A stretch of DNA of 64,000 nucleotides from Octopus sinensis. Taxonomy: Eukaryota. The stretch is taken from positions 62,682,001 through 62,746,000 of the forward strand of contig NC_042998.1 in NCBI RefSeq assembly GCF_006345805.1. The letters are read 5' to 3'. Position 1 is the stretch's first letter, and every line of letters starts with the position of its first letter. The notes beneath the pieces were generated by a model that worked only from the letters and a program-made list of their open reading frames with translations, was not told the DNA's origin and searched no databases. This document shows, piece after piece, positions 1 through 12,500 of this stretch. Made by a program: the position numbers and the translations under genes.

Positions 1-8
1 TATCTATA

Positions 9-69
<61 letters not shown>

Positions 70-71
<2 letters not shown>

Positions 72-513
72 TTGTGTGTCTGTGTTTGTCCCCCTAGCAT
101 TGCTTGACAACCGATGCTGGTGTGTTTACGTCCCCGTCAGTTAGCGGTTCGGCAAAAGAGACCGATAGAATAAGTACTGGGCTTACAAAGAATAAGTCCT
201 GGGTCGATTTGCTCGACTAAAGGCGGTGCTCCAGCATGGCCACAGTCAAATGACTGAAACAAGTAAAAGAGTAAGAGTGTATATATATAAATATGTACGT
301 ATTTGTGTGTCTTTGTTTCTCACCCCATCATCACTTAACAACCGATGCTGGCGTGTTTACGTCCCCGTCAACTAGTGGTTTGGCAAAAGAGACCGATAGG
401 ATAAGTACTAGTCTTACAACGAATATGTCCTAGGGTCAATTTCTTCGACTAATGGCATGGCGGTACTCCAGCATGGCCACGGTCAAAGACGAAAACAAAT
501 AAAAGAATAAAAG
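70..513 (+). mobile_element. Two tandem 3' halves of SINE family A
   Basis: ...gcggttcggcaaaagagaccgatagaataagtac...ccagcatggccacagtcaaatgactgaaac tail, twice. Confidence 0.8.
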
Positions 514-730
514 ATATATATATATATATACAGAAACACACATATATACATATTGTCAGTAAATCCAAAACTGAAAATGAAGCACAATCAAAGTTATAGA
601 GGAGTAGAGTAATTAGATAAAGATAGTTATGGCCTGTCTATGTATATGTAGTTGGAATTTACAAAAAAGAAAAATGCAAACAAAGCGACGAAGTCGGGTG
701 TATAAGTTTAACGCTCGGGAAGTGAGAAAA

Positions 731-768
731 TCTTTTACGTTTCGAGCCTACGCTCTTCAACAGAAAGG
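731..768 (-). ncRNA. Hammerhead-like motif, core variant CUGUUGA (U at position 6)
   Basis: cttt-CTGTTGA-a-gagc gtag gctc-GAAA-cg-TA-aaag; same family as 27099 and 30163. Confidence 0.55.
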
Positions 769-963
769 AACACAGAAATAAACAGGAAGAGAAAATAAAA
801 AAAAGTTTTAGTGGCTAGCGATCAATCATGGCAAATACAGAGTAACAGAAAACAGAGTAAGAAAAAAACGATAAGGAAATAAAAGCAAACAGCGTTTCAA
901 CTCTGCGCGAGAATGTGTGTGTGTGTGTTCGCGCGTGTGTAAAAGGGAGTCATGTGAATGTTT

Positions 964-1002
<39 letters not shown>

Positions 1003-1183
1003 TGTGTAATGGAAGTTGGATTGTGAATATTCAACGGTGAAAAGAAAAGCCAAACAGCATTTCAACTATAAGGGAAGTATATGAATGTTTGTATGTGTGA
1101 TTATTATGTACGTTATTTTGTACCTTATGTATAGATAAAATACTACAAGTAGCCGTCATATTTGACGACACAGGGTCAGCTAG

Positions 1184-1222
<39 letters not shown>

Positions 1223-1301
1223 TGTTCGCATATACAATATATTGTATATATGTGTGCATATGTATATTGATATATATTTGTATATATGTAACTTTATATG
1301 T

Positions 1302-1712
1302 ATTCTTTTACTTGTTTCAGTCATTTGACTGCTGTCATGCTGGAGCACCGCCTTTTTAGTGGAATAAATCGACCCCACAACTCATTCTTTGTAAGCCTAG
1401 TACTTATGACTTATTCTATCGGCCCGTTTTGCCGAACCGTTAAGTTACGGGGACGTAAACACCCCAACATCAGTTGTGAAGCGGTGGAGGGAGGCAAACA
1501 GAGACACAGAAACACACACACATATATATATGTATACACACACACACATATATATATGTATACACATCAACCACATACACTCACAAGGCTTTGGTTGGCC
1601 TAAGGCTATAGCAGAAGACAATTACCCAAGGTGCCACGCAGTGGGACTGAACTCGGAAGCATGTAGTTGGTAAGCCATCTACTTACGACGCAGCCAATCC
1701 TGCGCCTATATA
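1302..1712 (-). mobile_element. SINE family A (tRNA-like head, internal microsatellite, LINE-like tail)
   Basis: Reverse complement of the 27722-28105 type. Confidence 0.8.
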
Positions 1713-2372
1713 TACTATTATTATACACACACATAATAGATATCTTATTGATCCTACATGTTTTTCTCGTGACTTTACTACATATATGTATGTATATATA
1801 TATATATATATATATATTTGTTTTGTGTGTGTGTGTGTGTGTGTATACATCCTCATATGTAAACACATACGTACATACCTGTATGCATGCGTATACATGG
1901 GTGTGTGCATGGTGATATGCTTCGTTATTTCAATTTTTTCTTATGGATAAGCCAAGTGATCTTCAGAAAATTCATTCAAAGATTTTCTCAAGTGTCCATA
2001 AAATATATGTTCTTTGTATATGTGGAATTTTTCAATATTGCATTTAGTGAAAAAGTGTTGTAAGTGGCATAGGTAGTAAGTTTTTTAGGAGTGAATTATT
2101 TGTCATAGGAACCTAAAAATAGTGAGTGTATAAAAATTAATAAAATTTAGAAAAATCTGAAACATATATGTATAGCTAAGAAAGAGATGCAGTTATGGCG
2201 TCGGTAAAAACCTTCTATATCGAGAGTAACGTGTAAAACTTTAGAGCTGAAAACGTAAGGTGTGAAAGATTACATTTATATAAAGTGTTGTGAAATGAAT
2301 ATTGTTCATTAGGGGGTAAAACTGAAGAAAAATCAGGGAGAAGTGAATTGTACTGATAGTTCTCGGTGAAAT

Positions 2373-2472
2373 NNNNNNNNNNNNNNNNNNNNNNNNNNNN
2401 NNNNNNNNNNNNNNNNNNNNNNNNNNNNNNNNNNNNNNNNNNNNNNNNNNNNNNNNNNNNNNNNNNNNNNNN
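2373..2472. other. Assembly gap (100 N)
   Basis: Run of N. Confidence 1.
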
Positions 2473-3463
2473 CACAAGTTATGCAGATGATACAAAAGTT
2501 TCACAGGCAATACAGAACCCTGAAGACACTAAGCACCTGCAATGTGAGCTGGACGAAATATAAAAGTGGGCTGAAAAGAATAGCATGCAGTTCAATGCTG
2601 AAAAGTTTCAAGTTTTATACTATCAGCATGCAAAACTGATCAATACCCAATGAATACACTGGACCCGGAGGGATTGCATCCCAGAGGCACAATCAGTGCG
2701 TGACCTGGGTATTCACATGAGTGGATGACGCGACCTTTCATGTACATGTTGCTAAACTGACAATGAATGTAGACGGCTGGATGGATGGATTCTTAGAACC
2801 TTTAGAACAAGAGAACAAGAAACCATGATGGTCCTCTGGAAGACACTTGTCCTAAGCCACTTGACTATTGCTCTCAGCTATGGTCACCATCCAGTTCAAG
2901 TTGATCACAGAACTTGAGGCGATCCAACGAAGCTACACGAAGAAGATAGCCTCTGTGCAGCAATGAGCTACTGGAAAGGACTCAAGAGATTAAAGCTCTA
3001 TCCCTGGAGCGTAGGCGAAAAGATATGCCATAATATATATCTGGAGATCCTGGAAGGTCTTGTCCCAGACTTTGGCATCGAGAGTCACACAAACCAGAAC
3101 AGACGCCACTGCGTAGTACCAAGGACTCCAAATTTGCCATCAAGATGTAGGACAAGATGCTGTGATAGCCTGGGCTTCAGAGGCCCACGGCTCTTAATAT
3201 CCTCCCGAAGAACCTAAGGGACCGCATGTGTAGATACGGATGTCTTTAAAGTAGGTCTGGACCTCTTCCTGTCAGCTGTCCCGGATGAACCAACTTCACG
3301 GCAGGAGGTGCAGATGAGGGCAGCTGCATCGAACTCTCTCATGCATCAGATGGCGTTTGCTAAAAAGCATCCGTGAGGTAAAATCGTGTAGCAAACCAAA
3401 TGGCGATGCCCCAGCATGGCCACAGCTCATTAGCTGAAACTGGAAAAATCAAAATCAAAATCA
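2473..3463 (+). mobile_element. CR1/L2-like LINE, 3' part (decayed reverse transcriptase C-terminus plus 3' tail)
   Basis: SYADDTKV, then W...N.MQFNAEKFQ, VRDLG, EAIQRSYTKKI, SYWKGLKRLKLY across frameshifts; ends in a hairpin and (aaaatc)n tail. Confidence 0.85.
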
Positions 3464-3464
3464 A

Positions 3465-3498
<34 letters not shown>

Positions 3499-3509
3499 TG
3501 TGTGTGTGT

Positions 3510-3828
3510 GGAGGCGCAATGGCCTAGTGCTTAGGGCAGTGGACTCGCGGTCATAGCATCACCGTTTCGATTCCCAGACCGGGTGTTGTGAGTGTTTATT
3601 GAGCAAAAACATCTAAGGCTCCACGAAGCTCTGGCTTGGGGTGGTAGTGAACCCTGCTGTACACTTTCACCGCAACTTTCTCTCACGCTTTCCTGTTTCT
3701 GTTATACCTGTATTTTAATGCCTTCTCACACCCTGTGTCACGCTGTGTCCCTGAGAACTATTCAAGAGCAGGATGTTCCTTTGATTGGATCAACTGGATC
3801 CCTCGGTGTCGTAACCGACGGAGTGCCA
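3510..3828 (+). mobile_element. SINE family B (tRNA-derived head ggaggcgcaatggcctagtg)
   Basis: A-box tggcctagtg, B-box gtttcgattcc, tail gtcgtaaccgacggagtgcca. Confidence 0.85.
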
Positions 3829-3831
3829 TAG

Positions 3832-3864
<33 letters not shown>

Positions 3865-3886
3865 ATATATTATATATGTGTGTGTT

Positions 3887-3927
<41 letters not shown>

Positions 3928-4204
3928 CGTACATTAAAAGTCAGATTGAATCTTCCTTGCTTGCTTTGCATGTTAATCAGCCAAACTGGCGCATAATGGG
4001 AAAATACAATGAACTAAGGTCCCATGAAAAACGACGAGCGAAATGTAACAAACTTCTTGTAATCGGATAATTAGTGTGAAGATAGTAAGGTTTTCGAGGT
4101 ATAAATTCCCAAACGGTGCGTAATGGGAAAAGTCTCCGAAATAACTTTATCCTGAAAGGAAGTAACTCTTATTTTCTTTTAGACAGTGACAACGAAAAAA
4201 ATGC

Positions 4205-4238
<34 letters not shown>

Positions 4239-4249
<11 letters not shown>

Positions 4250-4583
4250 GAGGGCATAATTCTACATACATGCCAGGAGGCATTATATATACCTGCCAAA
4301 CGCTAAGAGGACAATCAGTCATTTCTACCAAAAATATTACTAATCCCACCGAATGCAATTTTATTTATTTATTTATTTATAATACATTCAGGCCTGCTGA
4401 TGATTACGTAAGTATGAAATCACTGTGATACAGGCCTATATATTTAAATGTCTTACTTTGAAAATTGCATTCGGTGGGATTAGTAATATTTTTGGTAGAA
4501 ATGACTGTTGTCCCTCTAGCGTTTGGCAGGTATATATAATGCCTCCTGGCATGTATGTATAATTATGCCCTCTATATATAAAT
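4239..4583. mobile_element. Foldback element, about 124-bp inverted arms around a hammerhead
   Basis: Arms 4239-4362 and 4461-4583 are near-perfect reverse complements. Confidence 0.8.
4390..4437 (+). ncRNA. Minimal type I hammerhead ribozyme
   Basis: aggcctg-CTGATGA-t tac gtaa gta t-GAAA-tca ctg tga-TA-caggcct. Perfect 7-bp stem I and intact core. Confidence 0.8.
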
Positions 4584-5694
4584 TAATATGTTCAATAAGA
4601 ATATTATTTTCGAAATTTTTTTCTCTTATGAGGTTTTTACGCTATCTACCGACAATTCTTGTTAAGTTTTCTTATTAAGTAGTTGTCCTTAATTGCCAAA
4701 TATATATATATATAATATATATATATAATATATAATATATACAGAGAGAGAGGAGGATGAGAAAGATAGAGAAGGAGAAAGAGAGAGGGCTGCATCTATA
4801 GCTATTTGCATGAATATCAATATATATGCAGACATATATATATATGCTTACACAAATACATATATATGGGGGTCAGGTACACAGTTTCTGTCTACCAAAT
4901 TCATTCACAAGGCTTTTTGTTTTACTACAGCAGAAAACAATTGAAAACTTCTTAAACACATAGACTAACCCTTATTTCTATCAAATTATTTTGTATTGAT
5001 TCAAATTTCCTCTAATTCTTTATCGTGACCGTTTTTACATATTTTGCGAATGAGTACTAGTATATAAATGACAGAACAAGTCCCTGAGGGGCACTTTCTT
5101 ATTAAACTTAGTTTTGCTGTTACACACAGGTTATGCGTAAGTGTGTTTATACATATGTGTATATGTGGTGTGTGAGTGTGTGTGTGTGTGTTGTGTGTGT
5201 GTGTGTACGTGTGTGTGTGTGTATTTGTGAGTATAAACGTACCTGAAATTGTGTGGCCATGTACTCAAAGGACTCGGCACACAATATAAGGGTGCACTTT
5301 AAATATATATCTATTTATTACCTACAGGGTGCTAAACATAGAGGGCACAAACAAAAGGATTAAGTCGATTATATCGACCCCAGTGCCTAACTGGTACTTA
5401 TTTATTCGACCCCAAAAGGATGAAAAGCAAAATCTGTCCCCGCAAAAGGTATATGTATATTTATCTAACTTTTTATGTGTATATGCAACGTGAGCAATTT
5501 GCATGCTTACATAAGGCCAAACAAATCACTTGCTGAAAGAGTGTTTCCCTGCGTGGCAATAATGCTTTCTCAAAGAGCGCTATCAGTATTATAATATTAT
5601 ACATACTATGACACAAATGAAAGCCGCTAACTAAGATTCGCACGACTTTAAGACACAATATAGCGTTTGGTTTTAAGTTTACGATAAACGATAA

Positions 5695-6000
5695 GTGTCG
5701 CCCTTTTCAAGCCTAGCCAGGCTCATGGACCCGGTTTCCCGGTTTTTTTTGGGCGTATGTGTTGCCCCCAGCTGGACGGGAAGCCAGTCCATCGCGGCGT
5801 TACTCAAGAAACAGGAAGAGAGAGTGAGAGAAAGTTGTGGCGAAAGAGTACAACAGGGTCGCACCCCACCTTACCGGAGGCTCGTGGAGCTTTTAGGTGT
5901 TTTCGCTCAATAAACACACACGACGCCCGATCTGGGAATCGAAACCGCGATCCTCCTACCGCGAGTCTGCTGCCCTAACCACTGGGCCATTGCGCCTCCG
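5695..6000 (-). mobile_element. SINE family B variant
   Basis: Reverse complement of the family B head and body. Confidence 0.8.
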
Positions 6001-6225
6001 CAGTTTTAAGTTTAAGCACAACAGAATTAGAGAGCTGAAAGAATTATAGAGAAAAGAGTGGATAAACGTGTATTAGTCCATTATTAATTAATTAATCAAA
6101 CGAAAGCTATGCCGTTATCTAAAGGATGCCATACAAAAGGCAGAAACAAAATTTCATGCGCTTCGGATAATTTACAAATTAAATAATAGTTTCGTTGTTT
6201 TACCTTTCCTCTAAAGTTACTGTAG

Positions 6226-6439
6226 GTCGCGCTATATTTCGTTTGGTAGACTACAAGACAAGCAGCGTATGAAGTTCATACATTCTGAACATAAACGGTG
6301 GTAGCGAGATATGAAAAGGCTTTCAACAAGGAATTAAAAGTGTAATGACATCCAGTAAAGAAATGAAATTGCTCTGCAGAATCTCAGCTCTCGACTCGCT
6401 GCAGTTAAGAACGCAGCTCTTAGAGAGCTTACGACAGAG
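6226..6439 (+). pseudogene. Decayed exon-like segment of an unidentified coiled-coil-like protein
   Basis: Pyrimidine tract with tgtag acceptor and gag|gtgaga donor; 71 codons with 3 in-frame stops. Confidence 0.3.
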
Positions 6440-6758
6440 GTGAGAAATCTATGATAAAAATGAAGGTCTTTTTTTTTTTGGTATTATATTACAAAAGAAA
6501 ATATAGGAAACAATACATCAAATCTTAGCTTAGAGGAAACAATATATGAGTAAATAAAATTACAACTGGCTATAAAAAAAATCTTGCGAAACAAACTGTC
6601 AATATTATATTATAATTTAAAATATCAACGTAGAGTTATTACATTTTATAAAGCAATCTATCACGGAATAGGCAAATAGAGCAACAGCCACCATAAGCAA
6701 AAACAACCACATAGTGATATATATAGGTAAATATATACTCTCTCGCAAACACAAAAGC

Positions 6759-6790
<32 letters not shown>

Positions 6791-6879
6791 ATATGTGAAA
6801 CTGTGTGAACGAATGATAGTGCACTATTCAAATATATTATTTGTTTGTATATGTGTGGATATTTATACACAAACGCATT

Positions 6880-7864
6880 TATATATAAGTATATATACAT
6901 ATCTATATCTACAGATACATATGCTTTCATGTAAGTATAAATATACATACATTCCTGTGTGTACACATATGTATATACATAAAATATGACCTGATATGTA
7001 TGTAACTCTGTATATATATGTATGTCTCTTTTCTCTACTTTCACTTATATATATATATATATATTATATATAATATATATATTATATATATTATATATAG
7101 ATTATATATATACATACATAATGCATACATGTATATCTTAATAAGAATACAGTGATTATATATTTTTTACACAAATATGTGTTTGCATATATATATATAT
7201 ACTCATGTATACGTAAAAATAATATAATATATATATCACTGTATTCATATGTATGCATGTATGTATATAAATATATATGAATATATGTCATTATATCTAA
7301 CATACATACACATACACCACACACCCACCACACATACACACACACACACCACACACACACAACCACACAATATATATATATATTTATATATTATACACAC
7401 ACACTCACGAATGAGCCAATATCGGTGTATTATTTTATTAACAGATGCCTATCTCAACACAAAATATATTGCATTACATTTAGTTAGGTCAAAATAAATA
7501 CTTAGAAAATCCATAAATTAGACGATCGAACATTTTCTATCTTCCTTGTTTGCAGACTTTCTTGTTACACACGTACATTCACATGGGCACACACATGCCA
7601 CTATTTGCATATATGCATATACACACACACACGCAAACACGTATATATTTAGAATCAAACACACACACACAGATACTTCAATATCTATCTATTTATCTAT
7701 CTACCTATATATTTCTCTCTCCTCTCTATCTAAACACAGACACATTCGCACACACACACACACACACAAACACACATGTATATGTACATATGTATATACT
7801 GTATATATGTTTATATATATATATTTAAATATGCACACACCACACACACAACACATACATATAT

Positions 7865-7909
<45 letters not shown>

Positions 7910-8050
7910 TAATATATATCTGTAAATTATACACCCCACGACACATATATATAAATATATATATACAGGCACAGACGTGTAAAGACGTGCACAGATACAT
8001 GTATACACACATACACACGCGTATATATCTATATATCTATACATGCATAT
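6880..8050. repeat. Compound (TA)n/(CA)n microsatellite field
   Basis: Direct inspection. Confidence 0.9.
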
Positions 8051-8451
8051 ATATATACGTATATATATATATATATATTCACTTATTGTTAAATATGAGT
8101 TTAATAAAGGCTAGCTTTAAGTGGATGCAGTCAGACACTCACTGGCATGCGTGCTATACACATATGATTGTGCACGCATAAACTCATTGTACTTTTCTAC
8201 GTGCATCCACATAGGCATATATACACAAACACACACACGCGCACACAAACAGAGAAACACACGTACGCAGATGCACTCACACGATATATATATATGACTA
8301 TGTTAATTTCTCACATTTTTAGCTCTTTGTCGTAGAATCCCAATATGCGATATATATGGTGTATGTCAACGAGCCAAAATTGGGTATATATTAAACATAC
8401 CGGGGTCAATAACGTTACTTCGAGCATTGCAATATGGGATTGTATTATATT

Positions 8452-8453
<2 letters not shown>

Positions 8454-8518
<65 letters not shown>
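8454..8518. repeat. (GA)n microsatellite
   Basis: Direct inspection. Confidence 0.95.
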
Positions 8519-8519
<1 letters not shown>

Positions 8520-9149
8520 AATTTTTGTACGCTATGTATCCGTTCTCTCGTAATATGAAAAATCTATTATATTTCGATATGGTCACGATATTTCACTGAA
8601 AAATTCTGCAATCATGCACGTGAAATATCAGCCGCACGAAGGAAGAACGTGCGAATAAGGGGCCTCTTTATGTGGCCATTCTGTTGGCTAGAAATAGGAG
8701 CAATCTGATGCATTATTTTATTATATTCTGGAAAAATAGGTAATGCATATGGAGGAATGTAGTTCTCGTCAGAATCATGCTTAAATACAAGACAGGGCAG
8801 TGTTCAAGGCCCAGATGTCTTTGTATATCTGTTGTCAGGGGTCTGACAGCAGCAAAAGAAATAGTTAATATATGAGATGTTTTGAAAAATTCTTTTAGGA
8901 ATGGAGGCGGGACATGAAACAAAATATAAAAGATGTTGTCATTAAATGAAGACAATGAGGAGAGATTATATGAGCTTATATAGGTTGATAATGATATAGC
9001 TTAATTACTATTGTGTGTGAGGAGGCCGTGCGGAAACCTTGCTGTCGTGGCTAGAATTACTAGAAGTAACAGTGAAACTCCACCTCAGATGCTACCTTTT
9101 TATTTTAGAAAATGTTGTACACATATTGGAAACAATAATGGACACTTTA

Positions 9150-9780
9150 TATACAAAACCGAGACGTGATAGAAGCCACTGACTTTGGGCTAAGTGTCAA
9201 CAGCCGCAACGTCGCCAATAACATCACAACTATAACCAAACTAAGACCTATTAAACTGCTGGATTACGCAGAAATAGAATTAAAACTAACAAAACAAATA
9301 CAAAGAATAGAATTCTACGTTGAAACACAGAACAAAATGAAAATTTTCTCTCAGACAAAAGACGCCATTACTTTGTAAAATCTATAATTTGGAATAATTT
9401 CAATAGTTTAATATGAGATTTATTAAGAAAACAATGGAGTGTGAATGGAGCGAGAAGAATTCATCATAACATTTCTCCTCAAAAAATATAAAAATTCCAT
9501 TTCTTTGGAAAACGACTTCTCGATATTATAATATTTTCACGAAATTTCAAATCGATACATCAGGTTTTTATTAAATCTTGACATGCGTATTGTGTATGTT
9601 AAATACATCTGTTGGATGAACGATGAAACAATGACCAGAACCAACTTTCTAGGCTTTATAAAACGGAGGTTTCTAACCTGAGAGTCGCGACCCACATTAG
9701 GCGCTCTGTAATTTTGAAAGGATCGCCAAGACAAATTCTTTAGCTTTTGAATTACTGGAGAAAACGGAAAACGTCCATGA
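9150..9780 (+). mobile_element. Possible highly decayed PLE N-terminal/RT relic
   Basis: Weak peptide traces (FGLSVN..., SRPTLGAL) only; many stops. Confidence 0.25.
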
Positions 9781-10276
9781 ATATTTTACAATAAACTACA
9801 GACATATAAACTACATACAACATTTACAGCAAGCAAAACTCGAGCACATTCTTCCCTACATATCATTCTCCCACAGTAACAATATCAACTGTCATTGTAT
9901 TAAAGTTTTGGGAATATTATTTATATCAAGATACGAGGTGTAGAGACACACATCACAAACATTTGGTTTCAGGTTCGCTTCACTATGTGGCATTTTGGGT
10001 GAGTAATTTCTCCTATTGCTTCCGATGACTGCCTGTGAGTAAAGTTTGAATAACGAAAGTGCAACGGATGGCGTATGCCTGTCGATCAGTATGCTATATA
10101 TATATATATTATATAGATTAATGAGATATAGTATGAGAAGAGATTATATATATATATTATGGATTGTATATTTATAGATAATATATTATAAATATATATA
10201 TAATATATAATCTATAGGTATAGATATGGTATGTATATTTATATTCTATATATAATTAATATATGTCTATATCTGC

Positions 10277-10307
<31 letters not shown>

Positions 10308-10504
10308 ATAGAATATTTATATAGATATATAATAATTATAATTATAATATATATATTTAAAAATTGGGGGTTTTTTGTTTTTTATATTTATATTATAGAG
10401 GGTAATTTTTGATGGGGGTTGATTTTTAATTTTCTTTTTTTTTTTATTTTATATAGTTTTGCTGTTTTTATTAATATTTGGTTTTAAATCTTTTTTTTTT
10501 TTTT

Positions 10505-10887
10505 TGAGGGTAAAAGTAATTAATTAAGTAATCAATTTCACCAAGTCACTTAAGTATGCAAAGGGACCATTTAAGGCGAATTCAAATTATTACATTATAT
10601 AAAAGGGTAGTAAAATAAATACTTTGCCGCATACTGACTCGTAGAAATAGCAGAATCTAAAAACTTTTAGAAAACTATTTCCAACACTAAAGAAAACCTC
10701 TCTCATAAGTGTTTCTCTATTCAACTCAAAAAGTATTTTTTAGAGACATTAAAAAATTCAAATGCAAAGTAATTTATTTTACTAAGCCCTTTTATTATAA
10801 TGTAATAATTTGAATTCGCCTTAAATGGTCCCTTTGCATACTGAATACTTGGTGAAATGATTAATTAATTAATTAATTTTACCCTCA
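10505..10887. repeat. Foldback element, about 120-bp inverted arms; related to 11119-11360 and 53131-53850
   Basis: Arms 10505-10627 and 10764-10887. Confidence 0.75.
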
Positions 10888-11118
10888 ATTGTTGAAATTA
10901 TAATTCATCTCTCTCTACTTAATGTCTCGGATTTTACCGAAAAAAGCATAGTGTTTGCTGATTTTAACCCACGCTGGTGGAAAGGGGAGAGCAGAAATTC
11001 TTCGCTTGCATATTTGAGTTTGTTGGCACTGTTAGTTTGGAGCAGATCTTCAGAAGCGATAACAAGCCGAAAGGGTATGCTCCCATTTTCATGTTTTCAG
11101 ATTCAAACAAGGGCATTC

Positions 11119-11170
11119 TGAGTGATGAGAGAAGGGTCGATTTTGACTAATCTTGAAACGTACGTACTCA
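11119..11170 (+). ncRNA. Decayed hammerhead (C3 missing), same family as 53292-53391
   Basis: tgag-TGATGA-gaga...gtc gatttt gac...tctt-GAAA-cgtacg-TA-ctca. Confidence 0.45.
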
Positions 11171-11358
11171 AATAACCTTGCATTTGATTTTTTAATGTCT
11201 CTACCCCCATACTTCCTTGAGTTGAATGAGCAAACACTATATGAGAGAGGTTTTCTTTAAGTGTTGGAAATAGTTTTATAAAAAGTTTTTTTAGCTGCTA
11301 TTTCTAACGAGTTCAGTATGCGGCAAAGTAATTTATTTTTTACTAAGCCTTATATAAG

Positions 11359-11395
<37 letters not shown>

Positions 11396-11466
11396 ATATA
11401 AGAATATTTTGCGTAATGAAATGAAAAAACAAGGCCGTGTAGATATTAGAACATTTATAGATAGAA

Positions 11467-11520
11467 GGTCTTACAGCTATTTCCAGGATATTTATTAATT
11501 ATATCCCTTCATCGGAAACG
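11467..11520 (-). ncRNA. Decayed hammerhead (U4C)
   Basis: gttt-CCGATGA-a-gggata...tatcct-g-GAAA-tagctg-TA-agac; homologous to 29091-29138. Confidence 0.4.
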
Positions 11521-11655
11521 GTGTGAGAGGATGGTTAAATAATAGTTAATTTAGATAGGCTACAAAATAGAGAGTGCAGTGGAGGAAAGAGAATAGATGT
11601 GAGATATGTAGGGATATTGAAGTTGTAGTTGAAGTATATATATATATATATGTAA

Positions 11656-11692
<37 letters not shown>

Positions 11693-11699
11693 TGTAAGT

Positions 11700-12419
11700 A
11701 TATATTTATCTAAATCTTGTACGACTCTATTCCTTTATTCCTTAATTCGTTCCTTCTTTTTATCAGCCCTTTCACGCTTACTTCGTTCATTCCACCCTGT
11801 TCTTTCATTCACCCCTCTCTTACTTTTCATTGCCTTCTCTTCATGCTCACTTTCCCTCTTCTTTTCACTTCATTGTGTCCCTGTACTTTTTTCTCGCCCC
11901 TCCTTATTTTTTGTCCCTCTGCCTTTACCTCTCTCTTCTCTCCCCACGTGACCGGTATTCGGCCAAGCCTGACCTTTCTTTCTTGGTTCGACCGCTGTCC
12001 ATGGAACATCTATATTCTTCCATGTGCCTGTGAACTCTTGTATCTCTGCCGTAAGGCTTTACTTCCATACACGCCAGCTTAATTTAATTCGTCCTTAGTC
12101 GAAAGACACCTGCTGTTATGTCCTGTTATTTGTATTTTTGTAACCTTCTCCATTTTTTTCCGTCCTTGTTTTCGTATACCTTAGTTACTTTATTCCAAGG
12201 AATCTAATGCTCTTAGGTTAGTTTTTCCTTGGGGTTGCTAGATTGGAGAAATTTCGAGTATAACCAGCCGAGATTGCAAAGATAATCTAGAACTCGACTG
12301 AGGAAAGAAAACTCCGAATGACCCGTCCTTGTTTCCTTGTATCATCTATCTGGATGTTTTGTTGTCCCTTTCTTGTATCACCTTACTGTCTGGATGTTTT
12401 GAGTTCTTGTCCCATTTTG

Positions 12420-12420
<1 letters not shown>
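11700..12420 (+). repeat. Interspersed non-coding repeat family (orientation arbitrary); inverted copies at 17385-18110 and 18165-18478
   Basis: Shared blocks such as ggaatctaatgctcttag and cgaatgacccgtcc. The 17-18 kb copies form a partial tandem, resembling PLE pLTR arrangements. Confidence 0.7.

Positions 12421-12500
<80 letters not shown>

Noticed and set aside
2322-2372. CTGAAGA...GAAA just before the gap
   Set aside because: Stems III and I would fall in the N run, so it cannot be evaluated.
3510-3585. tRNA genes at SINE heads (also 62440, 62759, 21373 and others)
   Set aside because: The heads have A/B boxes but run into SINE bodies and lack a complete cloverleaf acceptor stem.
12298-12330. 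CTGAGGA...GAAT in the 11.7/17.4/18.2 kb repeat family as a hammerhead
   Set aside because: No A15.1-U16.1 pair and no stem I.
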